Positions 25,574-39,740 of a stretch of DNA of 64,000 bases are shown here, in pieces. Numbering within the stretch: position 1 is the stretch's first letter; each line of letters starts with the position of its first letter. The position numbers and the translations under genes are program-made. The stretch covers positions 93,372,001-93,436,000 of the forward strand of contig OX597819.1 of assembly GCA_951406725.2 (NCBI GenBank). Direction: 5' to 3'. The notes under the pieces were generated by a model, which did no database searches, was not told where the DNA came from, and saw only the letters and a program-made list of their open reading frames with translations. The stretch comes from Octopus vulgaris (lineage: Eukaryota).

Positions 25574-28164
25574 CATATAGATATGTGTTTGTGTGTGTGC
25601 GTATGTGTGTGTATTCAACGTATCCCTCTCATTTTTAATCAGTAGGGCATGTTTAGAGGTAGAGATTTGGCTGTTATTTTGTTATTTCTACCAGTTCTAC
25701 CATCACATACAGATTCTTTCGTTGGCCCATATCTAAAACAGGTGTTTTAGTTTCTTATTTTCTCTTCTTATACAACGTCTCTTCTTAAAAGTAGTTAAAA
25801 GTAGACACAAAAGAAAATTGCAGAAATAAATATGGCTTATGAAAATCCAAAATCTCATTGTTGGGCGATTTGAGCTTAAGCAATAAAGAATAATGTCTTC
25901 TGTGAAGTGTTATGCATCTTTTACAAGATCGTGCGATGTTTTGTCTCAATGCGAATAGCACCTCACTAAAATGTCTGCTTTTCTCATTTAGTTTCTCCTA
26001 TACACTATTTAAAATATAATTCCCTCTTTTGCGATGTTGCCTTCGTTTCTCATTTATGTTGTCCTTCCAAATTAAAATATATTTCACTTTCTTGTGAAAC
26101 GTATCTTAATTTGTCATTAACATTGTCTTTCCATACTTTCCATATTTAAGATATGCTGCTTTTTCTTTAGATATGACATTTATGATGTTTAGTACATATT
26201 TTGATTAGATTGTCTATATACTGGTGTTGCATTTCTTGTTGCTGCTGCTTTTTGTACTTTAATCTGAAGTAAGTCCTGATTAAATAGGACTCTTATCAAA
26301 GGCATTACCCACCCGTCTATGCAATAGTGTAGCGTGGGTTCTGACCGCCCTGTGTGGTAAACAAATTGTATCCACCTTGTGCGGTCTGCACATCCCGCTT
26401 ACTTTATGCTACACCACTCTGTCTATGTAATCTCTACCAAAGCAGAGACTACGAGCAGTAATGTGTGTTTCTTCATTGAAGATGAAAGCATGGAGTTTGA
26501 TAAAGATCCTGTTACAACTTTTCTCAGGTTGTTGATTCCAGTATCTTTTTGAATACTGTCATTATTGGCACGTATGAGAAAGACAGTCACCTTAGTAAAA
26601 CAATTCGGAACATCCAATCAGCATTGACTAGAAATGCAAGCTTCAAAATATGAGACGTGTTAAACGAAGGGACTAATTCTAAAGTTGGTGCAAAACAATC
26701 AGCATAAATAATTATGGCTTTAGAGAATTCAAAGGCTCCGTGTTTGGTTATTTGATCTCACAAAACAAGAAACAATGATACATTCTTTAGAGTGTCATTG
26801 TTATGTGTATTTTGTAATATACTGTGAAACATCTTGCTCTATTCAGGCAAAAAGTATCTCGCAAAAGATGTCTGAATTTCTTATTTACGTAATAAGAAAA
26901 ACGAGCTTTTAACAAACAGTTTGCTTGGAAAAGATTCCCTGAGTACTTCTTAAAATCATTTATAGCTTAGCTTCAGGCAAATTATGTCACTGCTTTAAGG
27001 GTTTCTGAATCTTAAAGTAAAGGAAATATTTCTACTGCGAAATTCACGTTCGTTTCTGTTTGAAGTTCGTCTTCTTGGAATTTTTACGTAGACAGAAATG
27101 ACAGTAGAAAGTGCCTCGAAGCTTCTTTTATTTCTTAATCGTTTTAAAACATTACAAATGATTTAAACGTTGACGTTGTCGTCGATAGTGATGATGAAGA
27201 CACACTCGGGATTAAGAATTCTGACAATGATGATGATGAGGGTCATTATCATAGTAACGATAATAACGGCAATAATAACGATATTTACTACTATCATTAT
27301 TGTGATGAATAGAAGCCGTTGATTAGATATAGTTTCTTTATTTGCCACAAGGACATATCACACCGAAAACACCTGTTCTTGTCCGATGACTAAATATCGA
27401 AAGAAATCATTACCGTCATAATCATTATCGCTAATATTATTTTTATTATTAGATTTACTTGTGCAAATAAGATAGCGAATGATGGTGGACATTTTGCGAA
27501 TGATAGAACTGGCTTAGGTGGTGATAGAGTTGCTGTTGCTTGTGACTACAATAGCTGAGATAATGGTGGTAGTGGTGGTGGTGATGATGGTGGTGGTGGT
27601 GGTGGTGCTGCTGCTGCTGCTGCTACTGCTAGCGTGATGTTGTTGGCGGCAATGGTACTGGTGCTTGTGCTGGCGACACAACATACACGTACACATACAC
27701 TACACATACACGCTATACAAATTGATTCTTCCAATAATCAGAAACTCTTTATAAGGCTCTGATTAGAAGGAAAAAGGAAACACAAACTGGTTGGAAGACA
27801 GCTTGAAACATCTCGAGTGGTGTCTCTTGAAATTGCTACGAGATAATGGAATATAAATCGAAACGAAGTTGTATCGTTTATTTACTATCAACTACCACCG
27901 GTCACTACTATCTCCTACCATAACTCTCACCGTACCCAACACCATCATTATCACTATCAACGATAGTCCTCTCGCCACCACTTTATCTCCATCTCTCTCC
28001 TCTATTACTACGACTACCATTAATACTATTATTACCAACATTCAACAACCAACAAATACCATTCTGATTCTTACCATCAGAATCAACAGCAAAAGTGGGG
28101 AGAGACCCCCGCTGGCCCTATCAAATATAGCCAGATATAGTAACCCTCAATAACTATTATCAAC

Positions 28165-28490
28165 TGTGAAGATGCGTGGCTTAGTGGTTAGAGTATCCGG
28201 CTCCCAATCGTAAGGACGTGGGTTCGACTCCCGACGTCACGTTGTGTCCTTGGGCAAGACATTTTATTTCACATCCCTTCAGTTTATTCATTTGGCAAAG
28301 ATTAGTTGTACCTGTAATTCAAAGGGCCGACCTCGTTACATCCTGTGTCACGCTGAATCTCCCTGAAAACTACACTAAGGGTACGCGTGTATGTGGAGCG
28401 CTCAGCCATTTGCATGTTAATTTCACGCGTAGGCTGTTCCGTTGATCCGATCAACTGGAACCCTCGTCGTCGTAATCGATGGAGTACCAG
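28165..28490 (+). mobile_element. tRNA-derived SINE (Ceph-like family)
   Basis: A box TGGCTTAGTGG, B box GGTTCGACTCC, then GTTGTGTCCTTGGGCAAGAC and a conserved body ending GGAACCCTCGTCGTCGTAATCGATGGAG. Confidence 0.75.
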
Positions 28491-28854
28491 AACTATCAAC
28501 CATGACAATCAACTACCTTGATTGACATCAGCTTTGTTAAATATCCCCACAAAACAGCCACCACCAGATGAGCCAACGAAAGAGTCTTTATATGGACGGT
28601 CGGTCAGCTAAAAATATTTACCAAATCTCCCTTAATAATACCCAACTAAATTAAAGTAAAAGATCATTGTGAATAATGTAATACCATTCATCGCAGATTT
28701 GTTGGCTCAAGACTGACCTACAACTAAACACTAAACACATTCAGCCATTTAAGCGATGGTCTCTGGCGTTAATTTTAACGTATGGGCGTCCAGGTATTCG
28801 ATCAATGAATTGAAGTGTGAAGTGGCTGAGTATTCAAAAGAGAAGTGTATTATT

Positions 28855-29284
28855 CTTTTCTACTCTATGCACAAGGCCCGAAATTTTAGGGGAGGCGGCC
28901 AGTCGATTAGATCGACCCCAGTATGCAACTGGTAATTAATTTCTCGACGCTGAAAGGATCAAAATCAAAGTCGACCTCGGCGAAATTTGAACTCAGAGCG
29001 TAAAAACAGACGAAATACCTTTAAGCATTTCGCCCGGCGTGCTAACGTTTCTCATTTCTTTATTACCCACAAGGGGCTAAACATAGAGGGGACAAACAAG
29101 GACAGACAAAGGGATTAAGTCGATTACATCGACTCCAGTGTGTAACTGGTACTTAATTTATCGACCCCGAAAGGATGAAAGGCAATGTCGACCTCGGCGG
29201 AATTTGAACTCACAACGTAACGGCAGACGAAATACGGCTACGCATTTCGCCCGGCGTGCTAACGTTTCTGCCAGCTCGCCGCCT
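28855..29284 (-). mobile_element. Dimeric/nested Meta-like SINE
   Basis: Two consecutive bodies joined at GCTAACGTTTCT|CATTTCTTTATT. Confidence 0.85.
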
Positions 29285-29514
29285 TAAGGCACGTATATTA
29301 TTAACACAGATGTCACTTAAAATGAATGTGACACTGTATGTAACACGATTGGATCTTTGAATTGCAGATATAGTCCATATAATAAATGCACTTGCTTAAA
29401 GTGCCATGCACTGGGATTGAACCTAGGCCTTCATGAGTGATTCATAAAAAAAACGCGCTTCTTAGCCATATCTACATTCACTGTTGTAAATACACACAAG
29501 CTCATACCATATTA

Positions 29515-29725
29515 ATTTCAAATTTTGGCAAAAGGCCAGTAATTTCAGGGCGGGAGTTAAGTCGATTCCATTGACCCCAGTACTCAGCTGGTACTTACTT
29601 TATCGACCCCGAAGGGATGAAAGGCAAAATCGACCTCGGTGTATTTAAACTCAGAACATGAAGACGGACGAAATGTTGTTAAGCATGTCGTCTGGCAAGC
29701 TAACGATTCTGTCAGCTCGCCGCCT
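29515..29725 (-). mobile_element. Meta-like SINE
   Basis: Family motifs on the reverse strand. Confidence 0.8.
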
Positions 29726-30819
29726 CACGAGTTCATATCATATTAACATAAACACAGACCAATATAAATGCAATCACAATCCGCAACTTGTTTCGTTTGT
29801 TTGTTTAATCCTTTACAAGTCCAAATCATTTTCATAAGTTTGTCCTAAACGTTCTTGCTTGTTTTCAGATTTTTAGTTAACCTTTGGATCATATGTCGTG
29901 ATATAAAGTTTTCCTTCCACAAGTACCAAGATACTCTGGTAGATGAAAAAAATATTGGGATGTGTATCATGTATGATGCAAGGTCACCCGGGAAATATGA
30001 TAAAGAGGACAAGCAAAGGGTTATCCTAATGCAAGGCGGTGGGTTTGTCAGAACCGTTAACACACCAGATAAAATGTTTAACGGCATTTCGTCCGTCTTT
30101 ATGTTCTGAGTTCAAATGCCGCCGAGCTCGAGTTTGCCCTTCATCCTTTCGCCGTTGACAAAAAATGTACCACACTCCTGCGAAATATCTGGCCTTGTAA
30201 CAAAAGCATCGGGAAAAACATGCTTCGTACCATTTGTTCCAACTTCCTATGTTCTGAGTTCAAGTCAGTTTTGCTTATCGTCTTATCGGAGTTAAGTATT
30301 CGAGAAGATGCAATCAATTTATTCCTCTCCTAAAGACGGCTGGCATTGTGCCTAAAACACAAATCCATATTTCAATCAAAATCAGTCGTTTAAAGATGTA
30401 ATCAACCAAAATTGATAGTTTGTTGAACCTGCCTTCTAAGATGATACTTGTACCTGAAAATTAGCGACCATCTTCCTATGGGCAGTGCAAATATTCATAC
30501 ATTCATAAGCGTGCATGAGCAAATATCAGTTCTTTTGTATGCATATGCACACTTAAACTTATGCTCGTGCACATGAATTTTTATATGTTCACATTAATAT
30601 ATCATTGACACTCGTTTGCAGTCATACGATCAAACGTTTGCTAAAGAAAGCCCTTGTGCACATACATGAATGCACAAGCGTCGATATTTGCATACATTTC
30701 CATGTGCAGATCTAAATATACTCACCCATTCTACGTACAAATATGTATATGTATTTGAACGTATACATATATACATGAGTTTGTAACTGTTTGTATAAGA
30801 ATAACCTTGTCGACGTATC

Positions 30820-30851
<32 letters not shown>

Positions 30852-32536
30852 TGTGTGTGTATGTTTGTATGTGCGTGCGTGTGTGAAGTATACAATACAT
30901 GCACACATACATATGCCAATACAAACACGGTGACACGCTTTCGTATACTAGTCGTTGACTTTCATGTTTTCTCTCACATGTCCATGCATAGACACACATT
31001 GACAGACAAGCTTACACACGTATGGACATGCTTACACACATGCGTTCGTAGGGAGCTATATTTTATAAATATATCTTTATAAATATATTTTCATTCATTC
31101 ATATAAACAAATCCATTTACGTACATACGTTCTGACATACACATTCACCAGCAGAATCACATACACACACACATACACACACACGCACACATACACACTC
31201 AGACATACACACACACACAATAACAAATACACCCACACAAATACATAAAGACGCATACAACTTGTCGTCTGCTTAGCCATTAAAACTGTTGCTACATGAC
31301 AAGCAGACGTCAGTCTCACGCTGAAGTGTGACACAAAATACTCGATAGAAAGACAGCGTATATTATTTATTGATCCAGTACAGTACAAACGCTTGAGAGA
31401 AGTTTCATTTCTCAACTGGAGTAAAACTATATTACATGTTGCATGTATGCAAAAATGTCTTCCGTATGCCTCAGTCTCCCCTCTCTCCGTCTTTTTCCTC
31501 CTTCCATTCTCCCTTCTCTCCTACACTTCCTCATACCACCACCCTAATTAACCTCCATCTCCTTCACTACCATTTTTCTTCGTTATTTCTTTCTCTCCTG
31601 AGTCGTCTCTACTTAGCATAATCCCCCCTCCTCCTCCTCGTCGTCGTCGTCGTCTCCTTCCTCTTTCTTCTCCTTCTCTACCTCACCATCATCATCATCA
31701 TCGTCATCGTCATCATAATCATCGTCGCCACCACCACGAAGCGCCACTAGCACTACAACCATCACTAATAATATCTTCGCTTCAGTAGTTGCAATCACTT
31801 TGGCTGACAATGTCGCCAACGTCGCCATTGTTATCACCTGCCAACATCATTGCTACCTTTGTCAACCAATGTTGCTGCTGCTGCTGCTGTTACCACTGCT
31901 GCTGTCGCTGCTGGTGTTACCACTGCTGCTGTCGCTGCTGTGGTTGATATCACCGCCTGTTGCCATTGTCGTTGTTATTACGACAGCTGTTGTACTTGTT
32001 TCTCTATATAATTCATGTAGCTTAATGTACTTGTTAATATTACTGTTGTTGTAGCTGTTGTTGTTGTTGTTGTTTCTGATATTGTAACTAACTGTTTATA
32101 ATTATTATAACTTAAGTACTTTTTAATACTACTGTCGTTGTTATTATTATTATTATTGTCGTCGCTGTTTCGGATCTTTTACGAAGGGGGGGGGGGATGA
32201 CGAGCTTACCTTTTCGAACTGTCCCAATTATTTCCTAAAAAAAAGAGATATAAAAAAATTAAAAAAAACAAAAGCAACGGTGTAGAAATTTTCCAAAATA
32301 TTCCCAGAACCAGTTCGAACAGTAAATATCAGTTTCTGTTAACATTAGATGTGTTGTTACGCTAACTGCTGTTCCTGCTACTCTCATTCTTTATTGGTAT
32401 TAACGTTGTTGTTGTTGTTGTCGTTGTTGTTGTTCTTTAGTCCCAGGTCAACCCTGATCGAGTAACACCTATGATCAAAGACAGCCATTTCAATCCGATC
32501 TGGCTGAATCGTTAGCGCGTCGGACAAAACAGCTGC

Positions 32537-33325
32537 ATTTCTTCTGACCCCTTTACGTTCCGAGTTCAAATTCCGCCCTGGTCGACGGTGCCTCTCGTCC
32601 TTTTAGAGGGCCAATAAAATAAAGTACTATTCAAGTACTGAGGTCGATATAATCGACTCACCCTTTCCCTCAAAAGTACTGGCCTTTCACCAAAATTTCT
32701 TCTGACCCCTTTACGTTCCGAGTTCATATTCCACCTAGGTCGACGTAGCCTCTCATCCTTTTAGAGGGTCAATAAAACAAAGTACTATTCAAGTACTGAG
32801 GTCGATATAATCAACTCACCCCTTCCCTCAAAAGTACTGGCCTTTCACCAAAATTTCTTCTGACCCCTTTACGTTCCGAGTTCAAATTCCGCTCTGGTCG
32901 ACGGTGCCTCCCATCCTTTTAGAGGGTCAATAAAACAAAGTACTATTCAAGTACTGAGGTCGATATAATCAACTCATCCCTTCCCTCAAAAGTACTGGCC
33001 TTTCACCAAAATTTCTTCTGATCCCTTTACGTTCGAGTTCAAATTCCGCCCTGGTCGACGTAGCCTCTCGTCCTTTTAGAGGGTCAATAAAACAAAGTAC
33101 TATTCAAGTATTGAGGTCGATATAATCAACTCACCCCTTCCCTCAAAAGTACTGGCCTTTCACCAAAATTTCTTCTGACCCCTTTACGTTCCGAGTTCAA
33201 ATTCCGCCCTGGTCGACAGTGCCTCTCACCCTTTTAGAGGGTCAATAAAACAAAGTACTATTCAAGTACTGAGGTCGATATAATCAACTCACCCCTTCCC
33301 TCAAAAGTACTGGCCTTTTACCAAA
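32537..33325 (+). repeat. Tandem array of five ~158-bp units derived from a Meta-like SINE
   Basis: Units start at 32537, 32695, 32853, 33011 and 33168 (ATTTCTTCTGACCCCTTTACGTTCCGAGTTCAAATTCC...CTGGCCTTTCACCAAA). Confidence 0.95.
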
Positions 33326-33809
33326 CTCAGAAATAATTTCAACCGTGGGTTAACCACTCCGTACTCTTATAAAGCACGTTGTCCCGTGTGTACTTTCTAT
33401 TTAAGATAGTAGAATGTGATTTGATAGTAGAATGTGATTTGGCTGCTATTTCTAGCAAACGAAGAAGTCTTTACTGTTAACATACTGTCACTGCTCTCCG
33501 TGTTCGCTTCCTGATTGTTGCTGCTGTCCATGTTGTTGTTGTTTGTCTGCCGTTATTGTTGTACCTGTTTTTTTTTTTTTTACGGGTGTTGCTGCCGTTG
33601 TTGTTGCTGCTGCTGCTGCTGTCGCTGCTGGTGGTGTCGCTGCTGGTGGTGTCGCTGCTGTTGTTGACGCTGACACCTCGCTCAGATCTGCCATTACGGC
33701 AACATGTTAACTGCTTGCTAAGGTAGCTAGATTGCCAACATAGCTTTATTATATTATATAAACCGCCACTCCTCTTCTCTTCTAGCTTTTCGTTACTTGT
33801 TGCAGCTGA

Positions 33810-35200
33810 TGACGACGACAATGATGATGATGATGACGACGACGATGATGATGATGATGATGATAATGATGATGATGATAGTGTTGGTGGTGGTGGTGAT
33901 ATTGATGATAATTATTACGGTGGTGATGATGGTAGTGGTGGTTGTCGTCGTCGTCGTGATATTGATGACGATGATGGCATTTATTGATCATGATGTTGAT
34001 AATGATAATGGTGATGATGGTGGTGTTGTTAGTGGTGGTGATATTGATGATAATTATTACGGTGGTGATGGTGGTAGTGGTGGTCGTCGTGATATTGATG
34101 ACGATGATGGCATTTATTGATCATAATGTTGATAATGATAATGATGATGTGGTGGGGTTGTTGTTGTTGTTGGTGGTGGTGGTGGTGATGGTCGTGATAT
34201 TGATCGCGATGATGGCATTTATTGATCATGATGTTGATAATGATAATGATGATGGTGTTGGTGGTGGTGGTGGTGGTGGCAGTGGTGGTTGGGATTTCGA
34301 TGACGATGATGATAACTTATTGATAATGTTAATGTCGCCGTTGTTGTTGTTGTTGTGGTTATTGTTGTTATTGTTGCTAGCAATGATGATGATGATAATG
34401 ATGAGACAGTAATTACGTTAGTTGCTGTCGTTGTCGTCGTAGTGGTGGCGATTGTTGTTGATAACGAACGACGTCAACGAACAAGGACAAAACAACGTTG
34501 ACGACCATCGATAAATAATAATAATATGGTGGTGGTGGTGGTGGTGGTGGTGGTGGTGGTGGTGGCGACGGCGGCGGTGTGAAGCTGGTTGTGGTGGTGG
34601 CGGCGGCGGCTCTTGTGGTGGGTGTTGTTGTGGGTGGTGGTGGTGGTGGTGGTGGTGGTGGTATTATTGATGGCGGCGGTGGAGGCAGTCGATGGTAGTG
34701 GTAGTGGTAGTAATCAGTGTTAATGCTGATGATGCTATTAAAGCCAGCGATGCTCTTGGCGCTGCCGGTGACAATGACGACGATGATGTTGATGATGATG
34801 ATGATGATGATTGTGATGATGATGACGATGTTGACGACGATGATGTTGACGACGATGATGTTGACGACGATGTTGACTATGACGATGATGACGACGACGA
34901 TGATGACGACGACGATGATGATGACGATGATGACGACGATGATGATGATGATGACGATGATGACGACGACGACGATGATGATGACGATGATGATGATGAT
35001 GATGACGATGATGATAACGATGATGATGATGGTAACGATGACGGTGACGATATGACGACGACGACTATGATGATGACGATGATGATTACGAAGGCGACGA
35101 TGACGATGATGATGATAATGATGACAGGGATGATAGTAACGATATTAGTTAAAATGTTGACGATAATGAAAGACCATGATGATGATGATGATGATGGCTG
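33810..35200. repeat. (GAT)/(GAC)/(GGT) trinucleotide low-complexity region
   Basis: Directly visible. Includes three copies of GTGATATTGAT.ACGATGATGGCATTTATTGATCAT.ATGTTGATAATGATAAT. Confidence 0.9.
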
Positions 35201-35584
35201 CTTGGCTGTTCTGTAAGCAACTCCGCCTTCGGTTCTTATTGACGCCAAACACCACCACCACCATCACCATCACCGTTACCACCGTCACCTACACTGTACA
35301 ACAATCACCAGCTGAGATCCCAGTTTTAATACAGTTGAATGATGCGTTATAGAAAACTCCTCAGCGAACAGGTTAATTGGGGGAGGAGAGTGAGGAGAAG
35401 GGAAGTAGGAGAGGAGAGGAGGAGGAGGAGGAGGAGGAAAGAGCAGGAGCGAAAGGAGGGGACGAGGCGGAGGCGGAGGTGGAGGTGGAGTAGGGATGGG
35501 TCAGGTTGTAGGTTTTTTTTTCTTCTTCTTTTCATTGGATGTACTTTTCTTCCTCCTCCCCTTCTTTCAATCTCTCTCCTTTTT

Positions 35585-35617
<33 letters not shown>

Positions 35618-35686
35618 CTCTCTGTCTTTCACTGTCGTCTTTCTGACTTCCTACTTCAACCTCACTGCATTTGCTTCCTTCTTTCC

Positions 35687-35726
<40 letters not shown>

Positions 35727-35783
35727 ACACACATACACACATACACACACACATACACACACACATACACGCACACACGCGCG

Positions 35784-35824
<41 letters not shown>

Positions 35825-35915
35825 GCGCGCGCGCGCGCGCGCGCGTGCACAAGCATGCATTTAAACATGCTTCCATTCTCCTGCTCATTCGATCTGTTTC
35901 TCCCTACTTCACTTT

Positions 35916-35969
<54 letters not shown>

Positions 35970-36147
35970 ATATATGCATATATATAAATAAATATACGCG
36001 TACAAACACACACACACACATATATATATAAATACTTGTATGGATGTATAAATTTATATAAATAAGGATTAGATTGTTATTTAAATACCGATCTTATCAG
36101 GTGGCCAGCATGGGAATACAAACCTTCAAAGGTAACAATTATTATAT

Positions 36148-36294
36148 AAATTATAATTTATGGTAGCTAAGAGATACCACCACGCTGGAAATAGCAGCCA
36201 AAACTTGACTCTAAAACCACATTAAATGTTCAGCGAAGTTTTGGCTGGTATTTCCAGCGTGGTGGTATCTCTTAGATACCCTAAATTATAATTT
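36148..36294. repeat. Inverted repeat, ~60-bp arms with ~28-nt loop
   Basis: AAATTATAATTTATGGTAGCTAAGAGATACCACCACGCTGGAAATAGCAGCCAAAACTT pairs with AAGTTTTGGCTGGTATTTCCAGCGTGGTGGTATCTCTTAGATACCCTAAATTATAATTT. Confidence 0.9.
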
Positions 36295-36419
36295 TAATAA
36301 TACATGTATAGATAGATAGATAGGTGCATACATACATATACGCATATATACATTTATGTAATTTTAAATTCTTTTATCCCTTTCAGCCATGCGGCTGTGG
36401 TCATGCTGGAGCACCACTG

Positions 36420-36464
<45 letters not shown>

Positions 36465-36509
36465 GTGTGTGTGTGCTTGTGTCTCTATACATACACACGC
36501 ACAAACACA

Positions 36510-36830
36510 CATATATATTCTTTTACTAGTTTCAGTGAGTTGATTGCGGCCATGCTGGAGCACCGCCTTAAAGGATGTTTGTCGAAGAAATCGAACTTAG
36601 GACTTATTCTTTGTAAGTCTAGAACTTATTCTATCGGTTCCTTATGCTGAACCGCTAAGTTACGGGGACATAAACACACCAGCATCCGTTGTCAAGCGAT
36701 TGCGAGGGGAAAACCACAGTCACAAACACACAAGTATGTATGTATATATATATATGACGTTTCCGTCTACCAAATCCAGTTTCTGTCTACTAAATCCACT
36801 CACAAGGCTTTTGGTCAGCCCGAGGCTATG
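36510..36830 (-). mobile_element. CORE-like SINE (5' truncated)
   Basis: Family body and tail motifs. Confidence 0.8.
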
Positions 36831-36862
<32 letters not shown>

Positions 36863-36958
36863 TATGTGTGTGTATGTGTATATGTGATCCGGCATGGCCA
36901 CATTCCAATGACTATAACAAGAAAGTTTAATGTTTAAATATAAATTCCATGTGTGTGC

Positions 36959-37050
<92 letters not shown>

Positions 37051-37819
37051 GTATATATATATATATACATATATATATATAGTTCTGTATTTTATTAATT
37101 CATTTTTCATCTTCCCTCTCTGTCTCTCTCTCTCTCTCTCTATTCTTTTTTTTCTTCCACGCTTCCAGTTCGCCTTCTCCATAATTTCTTTCCTTTCGAT
37201 CCATTCACCTTTCTTTCTATCCTTTCAGTTTTGCTTATCTCTCCTACTTTCACTATCTTTCTACCGTTAGCTAATTTCACTCTCATACACACGTGCGCAC
37301 GCGCACACACACACACACACACACACACATACATGCATACATACACACTTCTCCCCATTCAAAGGCTTTTCTGAAAGAGAAGGCTCGTTTGAAAACTTAG
37401 CGTAGTAGCACAAGGCCAGCGGTTATGAGGAGTGGCTTTAAGTTGATACGATGAGCGTTAAAACTTGGTAGATCTGGTGTTATATTTTGTCCTCGAAATA
37501 ATCCTTTCTACTTTTGGTACAAAGCCTGGAATTTGTGGCGATGGAGATAGTCAACCACAGCGACACCAGCACTTGACTGGTACTTGATTGAACGATTCCA
37601 AAATGATGAAAAGCAAAATCGATCTGGGCGAAATTTGAACTCAAAACATAAAAAAAAAGAAAAGCGGACGAAATGCATTTTGCTCGACGCGCTAAAGATT
37701 CTGCCACTTCACCGCCCTCTATTTTCGAAATAATGAAAGTTGTAGCCAGCTTTTACGGGATTTGAACACAGAACCAAACAGAAACGAAGAAGAATACAGC
37801 AAAACAGTTTGTCGGACAT

Positions 37820-38150
37820 TTAGGTTCGGTCCTACTATGTGGCACCTTGCACAAGTTCCTTCTACTATAACAGCGGACCGATGAAACACTTTTGAGTGGA
37901 TATGGTAGGCAGGAATAGAAAGAAGCCCGTCGCGCGTATGTGTGTGTGTGTTTGTGCTCCAATACCGCTTGACTACAAGTGTTGGTGTGTTTACGTCCCC
38001 ATAACTTGGCTGTTCGGCAAGATAGACGGTTAGAATAAATACCAGGCTCGACAAAAACCGTAGACGGGTTGATACATACGACGAAAAATTCTTCACGGCG
38101 GTGCTCTAGCATAGCCGCAGTCACGTCAAATGACTGAAACTAGTAAAAGA
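37820..38150 (+). mobile_element. CORE-like SINE (degenerate)
   Basis: GTGGCACCTTGCACAAG...GAAAGAAGCCCGTCG...GACTGAAACTAGTAAAAG. Confidence 0.75.
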
Positions 38151-38182
38151 TTTAAAATATAAAGGTATATATATATATATAT

Positions 38183-38928
38183 ACCTTTGCATTTGATTTT
38201 TTAATGTCTCTACCCTCATACTTTCGTGAGTTGAGTTGAGCAAACACTATATGAGAGAGATTTTCTTTAAGTATTGGAGATAGTTTTAAAAAAGTTTTTT
38301 TTAGCTGCTATTTCTAATGAGTTCAGTATGCGGCAAAGTAATTTATTTTACTAAGCCCTTTTATATAATGTAATAATTTGAATTCGCCTTAAATGGTCCC
38401 TTTGTATACTGAATACTTGGTGAAATTGATTAATTAATTAATTTTACCCTCAATTGTTGAAATTATAATTCATCTCTCTCTATATAATGCCTCGGATTTT
38501 ACCGAAAAAAGCATAGTGTTTGCTGATTTTAACCCACGCTGGTGGAAAGGGGAGAGCAGAAATTCTTCGTTTGCATATTTGAATTTGCTAGCACTGTTAG
38601 TTTTGAGCAGATCTTCAGAAGCGATAACAGGCCGAAAGGGTATGCTCCCACTTTCAGTGTTTTCAAATCCAAACCAGGGAGTTCTGAGCTGATGATGGAA
38701 GTGTCGATTTTGACTAATCTTGAAACGTACGTTCTCAAATAACCTTTGCATTTGATTTTTTAATGTCTCTACCCTCATACTTTCGTGAGTTGAGTTGAGC
38801 AAACACTATATGAGAGAGATTTTCTTTAAGTATTGGAGATAGTTTTAAAAAAGTTTTTTTTAGCTGCTATTTCTAATGAGTTCAGTATGCGGCAAAGTAA
38901 TTTATTTTACTAAGCCCTTTTATATAAT
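38183..38928 (+). mobile_element. Partial-tandem PLE/retrozyme-like element (559-nt unit plus 187-nt repeat)
   Basis: Identical 187-bp direct repeats at 38183-38369 and 38742-38928, with an HHR immediately before the second copy and TA tracts on both flanks. Confidence 0.7.
38685..38737 (+). ncRNA. Minimal type-I hammerhead ribozyme
   Basis: UGAG-CUGAUGA-[imperfect stem II including GUC/GAC]-GAAA-C-GUAC-GUU-CUCA. Stem I UGAG/CUCA, palindromic ACGUACGU stem III. Confidence 0.75.
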
Positions 38929-39349
38929 ATATATATATGTATATATAGTGGCTGTGTGGTAAGTAGCTTGTCCCCCAATGCCGCTTGACTACAAGTGTTG
39001 GTGTGTTTACGTCCCCATAACTTGGCAGTTCGGCAAGAGGGATGGTTAGAATAAATTTTTATGCCCCATACCTGTTGGTTCCACAAATAAAAATTATCGG
39101 GGTTGAAGAAAAAGGAGCAATAACTTTGAAAACGGTGCCCCCAGAATGTTCAGTGACTAAAGAATTAGTCAAAAACTAGTCTCTTGTTTGTCTATCTTTC
39201 TATTTTTCCTCTTGCAGTCTTTGAGGGACCCATTTTCTTTTTTTCTGTTACTCTCTCACACACACACAGACTCAGTCAAAGTCGTAAACATGTTCGAATC
39301 CCCTGTCCCGCCAGCCCTTACTCAGCACTTTTGTCTCGCTCTAGCTCCG

Positions 39350-39740
<391 letters not shown>

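Noticed and set aside
25820-26650. Possibly coding-derived fossil sequence
   Set aside because: No recognisable protein motif found by manual translation.
32537-33325. CRISPR-like regular array
   Set aside because: Units are full tandem copies with no unique spacers, SINE-derived, in a eukaryotic context.
34692-35216. Poly-Asp ORF (174 aa) resembling acidic biomineralisation proteins
   Set aside because: A (GAT/GAC)n repeat open in multiple frames, within a larger trinucleotide region, with no splice or domain support.
38470-38802. 110-aa and 69-aa ORFs inside the direct-repeat element
   Set aside because: No recognisable domain, and they overlap the HHR and the repeat.
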